Shown: positions 22,811 through 36,885 of the stretch, in pieces
Layout: each line of letters opens with the position of its first letter
Position numbering within the stretch: position 1 is the stretch's first letter
NCBI RefSeq assembly: GCF_001194135.2
Contig: NC_068985.1
Span: forward strand, 51,697,343 to 51,748,701
Reading direction: 5' to 3'
Length of the DNA: 51,359 bases
From: Octopus bimaculoides
Taxonomy: Eukaryota
Made by a program: the position numbers and the translations under genes
Notes under the pieces: generated by a model
What the model saw: the letters and a program-made list of their open reading frames with translations, nothing else
Databases searched by the model: none
What the model was told of the DNA's origin: nothing

Positions 22811-23587
22811 CTAAATAAAAAGAGAAAAAAAATTTCATTTGCAAAAGTAGAAAAAGAAGAAAAAAAAAAAAAGTCAGTATATTCAATAGAGACTTGGTAT
22901 GTAGCAAAAGTCTACTCAAATATGAACCCCCATTACCATTGTTTTAATGCCTACATTTCCTTGCTTGCGGGAGTTAGACAGAATTGACGGAAGTAGATTT
23001 TCTATGACCAGTTGCCTTTCTTGTTGCCAAAGCAGGGTAACATTCCCTCATGCCTGGGCATATTTTCATAGAATACTGGAAATGATTGACATTGCATGTA
23101 TATCGGTGACACTTATTTACAACTGTCATGTGATGGCAAGAGAAGAAGACAAACATACACACATAAACATACACTTCATCTTTATGGTTCTGAAGAAGCT
23201 GTAGGATGTTGCACATATACTGAACTGTAAGCTAATGATGTTGATTACATTATTCTTGTACACTTGTCATTCATTAATTTATAATATGACAGAGAGAAAA
23301 TGGAATTCACAAGACAATTTATTTAGAACCACTACAATCATTTTGACCTGTCATGCACAGGTGAGATGCTGAACAAACAGTTGTGATACACTCTAAGACA
23401 AGATGCATTTTCTCAGGTGACTTTTCAAAAAGTATCTCGTTTTTATGTCATTTTGCTTAATTCTGTAAAAATTGATTTTGGTAATTGTAATGTACTATGC
23501 ATCTCCATAAGGAACTAAGAGATGATGAAGAAGAATTCTCATGCATGCAATAACATTATACAAGGAAAAAGAATGAGGAATCAAAAA

Positions 23588-23624
<37 letters not shown>

Positions 23625-24808
23625 GGCTCCTTTCAGTTTCTATCTAGCAGATCCACTCACAAGGCTTCGGTCAGCCCAAGGTGCCATGTGATGGGACTGA
23701 ACCCAAAACTATGTGATTGGGAAGCAGACTTCTTAACCACACAGCCACACCTATGTCTATAACCAAATAAAATTAAATGGTAAATAAATATTTTAAAAAA
23801 GAAACGAAAACAATATATATACGAAGCAACACTTGTATTAAAATCCTATTCCTGAAGTCACAACAGCCCTCTCCCATTAAATTCTTGTTGCTCCAAAAGA
23901 GTCATTTAAAAGTTTAACCTTTCTCAATTCTGAAGAAATTTAAACAAATAATAATAATAATAATGATTTAGCAGTGAAGACTGATATGTGCATTGCAAAA
24001 GATACCAAAGCCAGCTGAAAATACCAAGAGATAAAAATTTACAAATATTTATTTTAACTTGGAACAGTTATCTATTATTAGTTTTTCTTTTATCTTTTTT
24101 TAAATTTATCTTTCTTTAGATTTGAGAAAGGTTAATGTTTCAAATATCAGTTAGATACAAAGTACTGAATTAGCCATACCATGAGAGGAGAGTTTAACCC
24201 TTTTGTTGCCATATTTCTTTGAAAATAATGAAAAATTTATCAAAAATAACTTTGCCCTTATTAAGCTAAGTGGTTAAATGAACATGAAATTTTGATGGAA
24301 AGAATTTAAATTATTTTAAAACGGAGTTTATATCATGGAACCAAAGTCAGTCTTGGACAGCTTGGTGATGATGATGATGATGATGTCCTCTCCTGTCGTA
24401 ATTGACAGAGGGGTGTTGCACAACTCTTTACTGAACAACAAGTACAGACGACTTGTTTATACTATGGTTAGTTTATACTGATTGGATGTTTGAGCGGTAC
24501 ATTAGCTCACTCACTCCATCAAATCAACATTGGCTATACAAGTGCATAATGTGCCACACACCAGATGTCGAAGTGATAGCAGAGCAATATGAATCAAAAT
24601 GTTTGGTTTTGTTCAAGAGCACAATGCACCACTCGGGCCAGGAATTAAAACCGTTTTCATTTCTACTTCTTTTTTTTTTTTACCATTGCAAGTGCAACGC
24701 TCTAACTATTAAGCCACTGGAGGGTTGGTATCAAAAAAGTTAATGGATTGATTGAATTCCAGAGTCCACTGACAATTACAATATCTGAGACAGAAACTAA
24801 TAACTCAC

Positions 24809-24872
24809 TTGTTCTTCACTGCCTTCTATCCGGCAAGGAGTGAACTGGTCTTTGTTGTATTTAGCAAACGCC
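24809..24872 (-). CDS. CAPZA: CAPZA coding exon 4 ([21 protein letters not shown]), 64 nt, phase 2 to 0
   Basis: Minus strand reads aatttcAG|ggcgtttgct...gaagaacaa|GTgagt. It aligns with [21 protein letters not shown]. Confidence 0.97.
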
Positions 24873-26829
24873 CTGAAATTAAGAGAGAGAGAGTGAGAGA
24901 TTAAACAAAGTGGTAATAACATTAATACAAATCACAGTGCTACAAGAAAATGGAGTTGGGGTTGAGTGCTGACTCTAGGGATCTCTGTGCTTTGGAAGGA
25001 ATAACAAGTGAGCTTAACAACACTAGTAGAAGTAGCAGTGACAATGATAATCCTATTTTTTACTGGTTTCTTTCATTGAACTGCAGCCACACTGAGCTCC
25101 ATTAAAGGGCTCAGTCAAACAAATCAACCACTGGTACTTATCCAATTAGTCTCTTTCACTGAACAGCTAAGTTACAGGAACATAAACAAACCAACACCAG
25201 CTGTCAAGAGGTGGGGAGGGGGAACACACACACATATAAATACACACATCAGAATTTCAATCTACCAAAGTCATTCACAAAGCATATGTCCCTAAAGCCA
25301 TAGTAGGTGTTACACAGTGGAACTGAACCCAAAGCTACATGGTTGCAAAGTGAGCTTCTTAATCACATAGCCATTCCTACTTTTTTATCCTTACTCAGGA
25401 AGAGAGGCAGCATCTCTAAGATTGGCAGGAAGGAGAACAATATCTGCAAACTGGGGGCGTGGCCAAACCACTTGCAAATGATCAGTATTAAAAACACTAA
25501 AGATGGTGTGAAATCATGTGACAGATTAACTATCACTTAAGCAGACCATGTCAGGATTTGAACTCAGAATGCAAAGAATCAGAACAAATATCACAAAACA
25601 TTCTTCACCCCTTCCAATCCACTATCCTGAATGGGTAGGCAAGCTGACTTGGGCAGGTTTTAAACTCAAGCACATACAGTTGGAACAAACAAAATGCTGT
25701 TAACCAATGTTTTAACAATTTGCTGCCTAACAGGGAACACAGGAATCATCTATAAACGGAACAATTCAACAAAAAACAAAATGGAAATAGTGGGATAAGA
25801 AAACAACATTAAAGAAAAAAAACTTAATGGTCATTTGTCGGTCGTGCTGCTTTCACAGATTCCCATAACTCTACATTGCCATCCAATTCCATTTGCATGA
25901 ATTTGAATCGGGAGCTTGAGTCATAATAAATCTTTCATTTGCTGATTACACAACCAAGGACACCACCCCTATGGATGCATTGTAGTTACTTTCTAGATAG
26001 AGCTTGATCCTGACTGTTGATCTTCTAAGATTCCTCCGTTCAGCATCAATGTGAGAAGCACTGGTGGCTCAGTTGAGCTCTTCCGCTACCTCTTCACAAT
26101 CCACCATGCGGCAACCCCATGACTTTGCCATATCCCTGGCAGGGTGGCTGAACAGGTGTTATATCTTGCCAAAGGTCAACCCGTAACTATGCTGGACACA
26201 GCTGTCACTCTGAGGTATTTTCAATATTGGAACCACTCCATATATCACACAACAGTGAACTTAATGCTCCTTGTCTAACTGACATCTGTGGTCCTGCTCT
26301 TTGTCCGATTAACATCTGATAAAATCCCATACAAAAATCCATATGCACCATGTACTGTTATTTTTCTTCATCAGTTCTGGCATTTGGTCCCTACAGACTG
26401 AAAGTCTCTATCATTTGCAGATGTTCACCACATTGGCCAACTATAGTTACAACACTTTTAATTATGCTATGTGAAATTGTTATCATCAGTAATACCCACC
26501 ATCTCTGCAGGTTTTTAATATAAACATGCTTTCTGCACATCTTCATGTGTACTGCTATTGGTAGCACTATCTACACTTGGGCTTGTAGAGGAAACATGGT
26601 AGGTAACTAAGGATGTAACTGCAGGTTACCAATGTAGACCCCCAACCCCATTGATCAGGACTCACCATCATTGCCGATTTAACAATCTGGTGTTTGCAAT
26701 TGAAGCAGTATTAAATTAAAATAGTCACCTATGTATCATAATGTATATACACAGTTGACAGGCAAGTTACTGCAGTTTATATCAGAGATAAAATATTTTA
26801 TGGATATACTGTGTTTAAAAACAATATAT

Positions 26830-27560
26830 ACAAGGTTGGGCTGAAAGGTTCATAGGCTTACTATGAAGGAGTGATGCTAGAGCTGTGAAGTTTTGAATGC
26901 ATTCATTTCAACTGCATTGTTTCTTTCCAAGTCAGCTGACATCTAATGGTTCAAAAGACTTCAAGAGTAACTAAGCAACAACAGCTGATATGACATCATA
27001 ATCACTGCAATACTGGTTTCCAGCTGAGTGTTTTTTTCAAGTTAGGAAACAGATGAAAGTCAGACCATGCCAAATCAGGAGAATGGGGAAGGTGCTAAAG
27101 CCTCAGTCATGCACAGCAGCCACTGAAACCAAAGATGTGTGCTGGAACATTATCCAGATGAAACAAGACTGCTTTTATCAATCTTCCTGGGTGTTTGGTC
27201 TTGGTAGCTTTTTGAAACTGCCTCAGCAAGTTGGCATAGTACTTTCCATCGATGGAGTGGTCCTTTTGAAGAGAGTCAATAAACACAATGCCTTTTACAT
27301 CTCAAAACATGCAGGCCATCACCTTCCTTGCAGATGAAAAAACCTTGACCTACTTTGGAGCAGATGAGGAGAGATGTTACCATTGCATGGACTGTGTCTC
27401 TGTCTCTAGCTCAAAGTGATGAAGCCAAGACTCATCCTGGCTTAGGAAATGTTCAAGGAAACCAGCTGGATCTGCCTGAAACAATGTCAGACTTTCTTCT
27501 GATGTGATCTGCTTGGTGCGCTTTTGATCAAATGTCAGAAGACACGGGACTCACTGAGGT
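26830..27560 (-). mobile_element. Decayed mariner transposase fragment next to a TIR-bearing end
   Basis: The minus strand contains a frameshifted DD34D-region mariner sequence including HLPHSPDLAWSDFHLFPNLKK (the YSPDL-like motif). A TIR-like ta-caaggttgggctgaaaggttcataggct sits at 26828. Confidence 0.75.
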
Positions 27561-28662
27561 CTGGACATCCTGCAACTACCAACACATATTTGTCACTGTT
27601 CAGCCCCACAATCAAGTCTTAATCAAGCAGATCTAATCTTAACCATACTGTCAACATCATTTAATGTCCACATTCCATGCTGGCATGAGTTGGATGGTTT
27701 GATTGGATCTGAAGGGTCGAAGGACTGCATCAGGCTCCGCTATCTATTTTGGAATGGTTTCTATGGCTGACTGCACTTCCTAATGCCAACCACTGTACAA
27801 TGTGTACAGAGTGCTTTCTTTAAAGTGCCAGCACCAGTGAGGTTACCATGCAGCTTGCAAAACTACAAATTCTAAAACAGTTGGCTTTATGCAAAGAGAT
27901 GAGACAAAGTATGACAGACACGACCAGAGCAGAAAAGGTTTCTGGGCCACATGGTTACTCATATTTTAGAAGAGAAGGTGAGGAAGTGATCAAAGTATCC
28001 TTCCTTCCTTTTAAAATGGTAGAGTCATATGAGGGAGATTTAGCTGCTATTTCAAATAGGCTGAGTGAATACATACAAGCTTCCCTTAATGGCTTCAGCT
28101 GGTGTGCAGCCAACACACAAAAAAAAGCTGAGTTTACTTCAGTGCTACTTTGACAAGACATAGGAAATCTCCCCATACCATCCCCACCACTAATTAAGCA
28201 GATACAACAAAGGACTAGAGGCTTCCAACACATCTACTGAACAGTGTGAACTAAATCTTGGTAAACGGTGATATTTTAGCCACTACTAGACAGGAACCAA
28301 TACTCGGATGTCAGCAAAATGGGAGACTACAAAATTTGACCTTTATCATTTAGGTGAGAGAGAAAGAAATATAAAAGCTAGCAGACATGTAGATTAAATG
28401 AATAACTAATAGCGAAACATAAACAGGCACACTGTACATAGAACTACTCTAAAGTACACCACTGTATTCCTCCATTATCATACACTGCAGTCTGATGTCA
28501 CATGTAGTGTAGAGGATAGTAATTGATTCCTCTTTCATCTCAGACAGAGAGATGACATGATTTCACCTAAGGTAGTAGGTGTTTGAATGGGAGTTATAGC
28601 AGAGTGGGAGGAGGAAAAGATGCTCTGAGAGAAAGAATGGGCATTTGTCTGTAATAACTTAC

Positions 28663-28714
28663 CCAGAAGCTCCTGTCCGAAGTAACTGGTCCTCATTCAG
28701 TAATATACGAACGT
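28663..28714 (-). CDS. CAPZA: CAPZA coding exon 3 ([17 protein letters not shown]+G), 52 nt, phase 1 to 2
   Basis: Minus strand reads ttttttatacctacAG|acgttcgt...gcttctgg|GTaagt. It aligns with VRLLLNNDNLLREGAA, and its phases fit both neighbouring exons. Confidence 0.97.
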
Positions 28715-28745
28715 CTGTAGGTATAAAAAAAGAGATTCATAGCAA

Positions 28746-28877
28746 TAGAGAGAGAGAGAGAGAGAGAGATATAAAAGGGTAAAAGAAAAAGTTAAAAGAG
28801 GAATGGAAAGGAAATGAAAAAGAGAGAGAGAGAGAGAGAGAGGGGGAGAGAGAGAGTGAGAGAGAGAGAAAGAGAGA
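28746..28877. repeat. Interrupted (GA)n purine tract upstream of the exon 3 acceptor (CT-rich on the pre-mRNA)
   Basis: Directly visible. Confidence 0.9.
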
Positions 28878-29403
28878 GCATTTAATAACAGCCAATATAC
28901 ATAAGAGAAATAATGATTCAGCTTTGAACTGTCTTACCTCTTTTCTCGTACATATACCAATGTCAATAGTTGTTTGATAGTAACTATCACAAAGTCAACA
29001 TTTAAACGGTGACCACTTCCTTTTGTCTTGTTTTTTTTTTATGTAGGGCATCTTGTACTAACAATTCAAAGTTTGAACAGCTAAACAAGGCCTTTTGCTA
29101 GTTTAACAAGGATACATACATACCTACCTACATATATACATATATATATATATATGCATGTATGTATGCATGCAGTGGTGGAGTAGTTACTACTAATGAG
29201 CTTTAATTTTAAACCAAACTAGTCTAGTATGGTGATCTCGCTCACTGTGGAGCAGTTATCTCTCCTGGCACAGACGTGCTTCTTGCGGCTAAGGATTTTT
29301 AACTTATTTCTAGCAATGTAGGCGCTACCCTGCACCGTCAGTCACAATTAGTGACAATTGAATTTTTCTTTTTGGTTTTATATTATGTATAGCTGCCTTC
29401 ATT

Positions 29404-29442
<39 letters not shown>

Positions 29443-30961
29443 NNNNNNNNNNNNNNNNNNNNNNNNNNNNNNNNNNNNNNNNNNNNNNNNNNNNNNNNNN
29501 NNNNNNNNNNNNNNNNNNNNNNNNNNNNNNNNNNNNNNNNNNNNNNNNNNNNNNNNNNNNNNNNNNNNNNNNNNNNNNNNNNNNNNNNNNNNNNNNNNNN
29601 NNNNNNNNNNNNNNNNNNNNNNNNNNNNNNNNTATATATATATATATATATATATATATTCTATATATATATATTTATATATAAAGATAGTGATGAACTG
29701 ACAAAAAGAGTACAGTGAACTTGCCTTGGGGAGTAGCAAATCCAATGTTTCAAGTTGAGTCCATCTTCAGAAAAAAGTTGACAGACAGGAGTGAAATTAA
29801 AGAGGCTGCAGATTTATATCCTCCCATCAACTTTCCCCTGAAGAAGGGCTTTGTCCAAAACACTGATTTCCCCCATTTGCTGTGGGGAGGTTATTCACTC
29901 CCTACAACAAGTTCACTTTTCTTGCCAATTTTACTAAATAATATAGGTCTCTTTAGACTCAGTCTTATGTATAAAGAGACTTGATACTAAAGCACATTCT
30001 AACAATATATTCACACATTAAATCATGACTCAACAGCAACACTACTAACCACAATAAATCCCAACATGCAAGAATATACCTAAATCCTGCAACCATGCTC
30101 TGTCTATCACATCATACTTAATTCACAGAAAAAAAAAAAAACAGATTTCCACACTATGGACCACTGAAAATATTTGGAATTCCACTCAAAATCTTGAGTG
30201 TTAAACTACCCCTTTCACAGTATGTTCAGGCCATCACAACATAAAACATACAAACATTCAGATGTCTGCACTATGTCGTATACATCATGCTTGGACTGCT
30301 TCATAGAAGCATGTACAGATTGCAGCACAACACCACATACATGTATTCATGTCAAAATATATCATACTTAACAGACAACTATATCGCACTATATCCTTAT
30401 ATTACATGCTCAAACTATCATGCTATATCCTCAGAGCTGTGTGACACTCTCTCATCACAAACAAATCACATGATTGAAAAAGTGCACAAATACAAAGCAA
30501 GCAAACAACAGAAAAATAATGAAAATAAACACAGCAATGAAAGAAAGTGAATCTAAGTTTTTGGGTGTTATCATTAATCAAAAAGAAGGAATAAGAGAAG
30601 CAAGAGAAAAAGAAAAATATAGAATACTAAATTTTTGCATTTTTACTCTAAGAGTGCCATATATACAGATGTTGTAAAATATGGTAACATTTTTTTCTTT
30701 TCACCTTGTCTCTCATTCTTTTTCTTGAGGTATCACATGAAACACTGCTTCTTCAATTGATGTGTTTATTTTCACTGTGCACTTCCTTCATTGCTGCTTT
30801 TGCACTTTACATTTTTCAGCCATGTGGTTTTGCTTGTTTGAACCCATATATCATTTGTTTGTCTTCTTGTCTCACAATCTTTATTTTGTGTGTGTGATTT
30901 TTATTCCTTACAGCTACACAGAACAAATTGCTGCTAACTCACAGATTTACTACAATATATA

Positions 30962-31345
30962 TATCATCATCACTGTTTAAATGTCCGCTTTCCATGCTGG
31001 CATGGGTTGGACGATTTGACTGAGGACTGGCAAACCAGATGGCTGCACCAGGCTCCAATCTGATCTGGCAGAGTTTCTACAGCTGGATGCCCTTCCTAAC
31101 GCCAACCACTCAGAGAGTGTAGTGGGTGCTTTTATGTGCCACCGGCACAAGGGCCAGTTAGGCAGTACTGGCAACAGCCACGCTCAAATTGTGTTTTTTA
31201 CATGCTACTGCACAGGAGCCAGTCCAGGGGCACCGGTAACGACCTCGCTTGAATGTTTTTCATGTGCCAGTAAGGCGACGCTGGTAACGATCATGCTCGA
31301 ATGGTGCTTTCTACATGCCACCAGCACAGAAGCCAGTCATCGAAT
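30962..31345 (-). mobile_element. Long family D retro-repeat copy
   Basis: It has (cat)n at its left end plus the family D core, and is near-identical to 51124-51359 over about 190 bp. Confidence 0.8.
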
Positions 31346-31750
31346 TTGATATATATAATGCAAAATGGCTGTGCCCCAACAAGTAACTGGTAAAAGAGTT
31401 TATAAAACTGGAGAAGAAGACATTAAAGAAAGAAAAATGACTTTCACACAAATTTCTAGAGTATGCAAAACTTTGAAGTCAAATCTTTCGAGGATAAGCT
31501 GCTGGACTATTTCAAGTAAACTTCACTCAGAAAAAGTTAAGTACATATTTTCCCTCAAAAATATATGGAAAGTGAGAAATGTAAAAATTCAAGTAACAAG
31601 TCCAAAAATAACAATGATAGCAAAAACCCATTAAATAGAATGGGGTAGGAGTACAGACAGGGCAAAATGGAATATGGAATCAATGCTGTGAACAGGTTAT
31701 GCGTAGTTGAAGGAAAGAAAGAAAGAATTGAAGAAAAATATTTAACATAC

Positions 31751-31814
31751 CATTGAAAACTTCATTGAACTCTCCAGGAGGAGCATGTATGATGAAATTT
31801 GATATTATCTTCAG
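31751..31814 (-). CDS. CAPZA: F-actin capping protein alpha, coding exon 2 ([21 protein letters not shown]+D), 64 nt, phase 0 to 1
   Basis: Minus strand reads ctttctttccatctAG|ctgaagata...gttttcaatg|GTatgt. It contains the conserved [13 protein letters not shown] motif of CapZ alpha. Confidence 0.97.
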
Positions 31815-33038
31815 CTAGATGGAAAGAAAGAGAATACATATAAATAAATATATGTGGATATACATACATATATTTGTATACACACATACATACACATAAA
31901 TATATATAAATTGATTTTTGAAATGTCATCTACCAGATGTACTTTCTCTATGTTACCATGCCACAATCTTGTATAGCATGTCAAGGGAATTCTGTGTACC
32001 ATATTTTGCAGCATGGTAGATGCTGCATTGTGGAAGACATACCCTGACTTCAAAAATCTAATTTTAGGAAAAAAATCTTTATATACTTGCCAAAGCTCCA
32101 TCTATATGATCAGGCAGTGTCCAGTAGGTACGCCCTAAATGCCTATTATCAGACAAAATTATTAGTGAGGGTAAGCCAACAGAATGCTCATACCCACTGT
32201 CATTGAGCAAAATCACCACACAATGGCCACCTATTATGCCAAGAATTATTGTAGTACACTACACAATACTCTTCCCTTTCACTGTCCTGTGATTATTCAT
32301 GTGACACACACCATAATGATAATCATACCATACCCGACACTGCTGACAGCCATTAAATCTTCATAAAGGTTGGCATCAGTTAACCCTAAGAAAACCACAA
32401 CAACTCAACTAGCATCATGAAAGATGTATGGTAATTTCCAAGTCCTTTTTTTCTTCTGTTTGTTTTGCAATGCAAAAAACAAAAGAGTGTATTTTCTATG
32501 TCATTAAAATATGCTAATCATTCAGTCAACCAGTACTCTGCACACTATCCTTATCTTTAAAAAGTAGTTGTAGCGAAAATGAAAAGAAAAATATAATAGA
32601 CAATACATATATTTAATAATAACTCAACTAAAACTGTGTCATGTAGATGTAAGACTACACTTGATACTAACACACACTATGAACCTGTAGGACTACAAAT
32701 GATATCATGTTTGTGTAGGACCATAAAAAGATACTAATATACACTATGTACATGTGAGACTACAAAAGAGACACACAAACACACATACACAGCACAGACT
32801 GATTACATTTCCAACACACCAATCTTTCAACACAAAATTATAAGAAAATTCCAAGTCATGGCTCATTACATGAAGACTAACAACAAAACACTTTTACTTC
32901 TAATTACAAATGGAGTGACAGGAGTAGGAGTGAGAAAGAGAGAGAAGAGGATAGGGGGTCAGTATTACTCTGACTGGTTTAATTATAAAGGGTGGATATA
33001 ATAATACAGCATAAATATAACTATGAGGAAAGCAGAGC

Positions 33039-33077
<39 letters not shown>

Positions 33078-36000
33078 AAAAATTTAATAATATGCAAGTC
33101 GTAGCAACAAATAGAACATCAGAACTACTTCAATATCATAGTCTACTATAGACAGAAAGAAGAGGATAGGAAAGGAAAGAGAGACTAAAGGGAAGAGGGC
33201 AACATGGTGTCATACGAGACAAAATTTAGCTTTACCAAATTTACCAAACACCTGGATGTTAGACAGTCAGTTAGTCATACCTGTTAATGATGACAGACTA
33301 TCATGAAATTAAAATGATGTATTGCTAGTTTACTGTTACTGAGTAGCTGCAAACATGGCAGCCCCCAAAATCAACATAGAACACTTGATCCACAGTGAGC
33401 CAAATTCCGTTGTTTTTACAATAATTTGTGTCACTGCACCACACACACATACAAGGTACAATTTCCTTATAATTTACTAAGCCAACCAGGACAGTAATAT
33501 AAACAGCATAATGTAGCTTCACTGAAGCATGGCGTATCCAAATTGACAAATCTATGGTTGTATACACTGCTTTCCTGCATACTATATACTCTGATAGCTA
33601 TCAAAATGTAGTGCATACTATTACCACAACTACTCAATTGTGGTGTCAAACCAGATTGAAGATTGGTATATTTTGTAATTGAGTTGTAAGATTATCCACT
33701 GCACTCCTATACAACACAACTTGCCAATGCACAATACTACTGCACAATATTATGCACTCTAGTTGCAGACCTGACTTAAGGCAGACATAGGCACTGCACT
33801 TAAAGATAGCACTCAAATATTTGCTTGACTTTCTTCAAGCTATAGATCTGCTCAAGAATGGCAATAGTAGGAGCAGTAGCAGTAGCATCTACATGTTCCC
33901 ACTATCTCATTACATTGGCTGTCACCAGAATTAGTAGAAAGAGAAACAAAGTTGTAATCCTAACCCTTTTTTTAAATGCTAAAATGTATAATTGAGAGAG
34001 TTAGACTTGTGTATCTAAGATACAACCTAACTAATAAACTGCTGCTGTGACTTTTCATACATAAGGAGTTAACTCAAATCATGAGTCCAGTACCATTTTG
34101 ATTCAACATACAGGCATGGCTATGTGGTTAAGAAACTCGCTTCTCAGCCATGTGGTCTCAAGTTTAGTCCTACTGCATGGCATTTTGGGCAAGTATTTTC
34201 CACTATAGCCTTCAACTGACCAAAACCTTGTGAGTGGGTTTGGTAGATGGAAACAGAAAGAAGCCCATCGTGTGGGTATGTATGAGAGAGAGAGAGAGAG
34301 AGAGTCTACACCCTTGTCTTGCCATCAAGTAATGATTGTAAATGAGCAATACTTTCATACAAGTGACAGGAAGAGCATCCAGCCATTGAAAATCAACTTC
34401 AACAAATTCCAACTGATCAATGGAAGCTTGGAAAAGTGGACCATTAATTGACAATAATTTGAGGGAAGCACATAACATTTTCTCCTCCCGACACTGAGAC
34501 ACAGTAGCACATTGAAATTTGATACCTGCTGTAACAGATCAAGTCATAGTAGACAGGTGAAATGACTTTTTCATTCTGTCTGTAGGTGATAAGAGGAGGC
34601 AGAGTACGAAAAATGCATGGACCAATTTGTTCAACTAAATAACAATTACATAATAGACATAGTGGTACTAGAAGGATGGATATATAACTTGGTGATGATA
34701 ACTACAATGACATGCTGAGGAATATTTCTACAATGATGATGATGGTTGGTGGTGGTGGTGGTGATGACAAATATTCCGAAACTATTATGGTTATCTTCCA
34801 AGGGTGGTGCTGGTAAACATGTCACTTTGGTAGATAAGCTAGCTTAAAGTCAGATTCCAGACATTCAGCTCAACATTTAAATATATACATTTATATATAG
34901 TTTCTAACTTGTCTTTAGAAAAAAAGCCACTTCTTAAACCTTTTGGCTGTCTTTTTAACCCTTTGGTATTTAAGCTGGCTGGGTATCCGGTTGTAGAAAA
35001 CTTGTTACATGAATAGTGCTACACATATGTATGTCTGACCAAAGTATTCCTAATGGGGTAACATTTCCCCCATGATCAGACATATTTTCACAGAAGACTG
35101 GGAAGACAGTAACACATACACACACACACACTCATATATATATATATATATATATGTACAATGGGATTCTTTCAGTTTCTGTCTGCCAAATACACTCACA
35201 AGACTTTTGTTATACCAGGTCTATAGTAGAAAACATTTGCTCAAGGTGTCACACAGTAGACTGAGCCCAAGACCATATGGTCGGGAAGCAAAATTCTTAC
35301 AACACAGGCACGCATGTGCCTTGATGCAATTATGTATGTGCCACTCCTGTATAGATATAGGATACAGTCAATCTAGAAAAACACTCACAGGTAATTTTTG
35401 TCATCTATTTCTTCAATGGCAACATGAACTGATACAATGCAGAGTAAGTGTCCTGTTGAAATAATTAAACCGTCAGCAGTTATTGTTTAGTCCCAGATCA
35501 AACCTAATCCAACAGATTTATGATCAAAACAGACATGCTAGCAATTACGACCACATCCTTTCAGGGATGTTAGGACTACTTTATTTTGTGTAGTTTTTAA
35601 ATACTGAGGTGTGACTTAATGGGAAATCTAGCTACTATTTCAAGCAAATCAAACAACCATAAAGAGCAGGCATGGACATTTTTTTTCAAGCAGTAGGCAA
35701 CATGAGACATAGCTCATCATCAGACAAAATGCAATACTAATAAAAAAATATTCAAGGTAATTTTTTTGTAAGGTGTGCCAGTCAGAAAGTCCTATGGACT
35801 ACAGTTTGCTCATGACTGATGTGGAGTGTTTGTTATTGATTTAACACATACTCACATACTGTAGATTCAAATGTAAGACCTAATGAGTTGACCACTATGA
35901 ACTTTGTTCACAGTTGTGGACATGAAAAGAATAATTGTTTCTAATAAGGACACATGGCTAGAAATTTGTGGGTCGAAGTGAAGTGTTTAATTATAATGAC

Positions 36001-36848
36001 CCCAGAAGAATGAAGTTAAAGTTGACCGCGGAAAGGTCCTGAACTAAGAACAAAGAGCCAGTTTAGACAATTTTAATAAGCAGGAATGGCTGTGTAGTTA
36101 AGAAGCTTGTTTTGCAACTAAGTGTCTTCTACTAGCCCTGGGCCAACTAATGCCTTGTGAGTGAATTTGGTAGACAGAAACTATGCGGTAGCCAATCCTA
36201 TATGCGTGTGTGTGTGTTTGTCACCCCCACTGCTTGATAATTTATGGTATGTTTATGTCTGTAACTTAGCAGTTCAGCAAAAGATACCAATAGAACAAGT
36301 TCCAAACTTTAAAAAATAACTACTGGGGGTCAATTTGTTTGACTAAAACCCTTCAAACCAGTGTCCTTGAATAACTGAAACAAGTAAAAGATAAAAGAAA
36401 AAAAATGATTGCAAGAATAACTGTTTCTAACAAACACAAGGTCAGACATTGGGAGGGAGCTGGCAGGTGCTTATATCAACTCTGGTATTTGCCTAGTACT
36501 ATATTTTAATCAACCCCAGAAAGATTAAAGCTAAGGTTGACTTTGGCTGGATCTGAAATCAGAATTTAAAGAGTCAAAACAAATACAATTTTTATAAATA
36601 ATTTTGTTTTGACCACATTCACCATCATTTTCAATTTTCATCCATCCATCCATCTATTTTTGCCACCCACTATTCCGGAGTATAGTCATGGGAATACTGT
36701 CCTCAGGCACCCCTCCATAAAGTCCAGAGGTAATCATCATTACATTTTCCTGATGGATTCTTAAAAAACAATTTCCATATAGCCTCGGGCCGACCAAAGC
36801 CTTGTGAGTGGATTTGGTAGATGGAAACTGAAAGAAGCCTGTCGTATG

Positions 36849-36885
<37 letters not shown>

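Noticed and set aside
25995-26100. Peptide PPFSIN...VELFRYL on the plus strand
   Set aside because: It is probably a very old L2/CR1-type LINE remnant, but too short and degraded to annotate.
27848-28153. 101-aa plus-strand ORF
   Set aside because: It is a composite of the end of a family D copy and other repeat-like sequence, with no recognisable domain.
33281-33297. 17-nt minus-strand micro-exon candidate (ttttaatttcatgatAG...cag|GTatga) in presumed intron 1
   Set aside because: It would frameshift between phase-0 exons and has no homology to CapZ alpha. Chance is the likeliest explanation.
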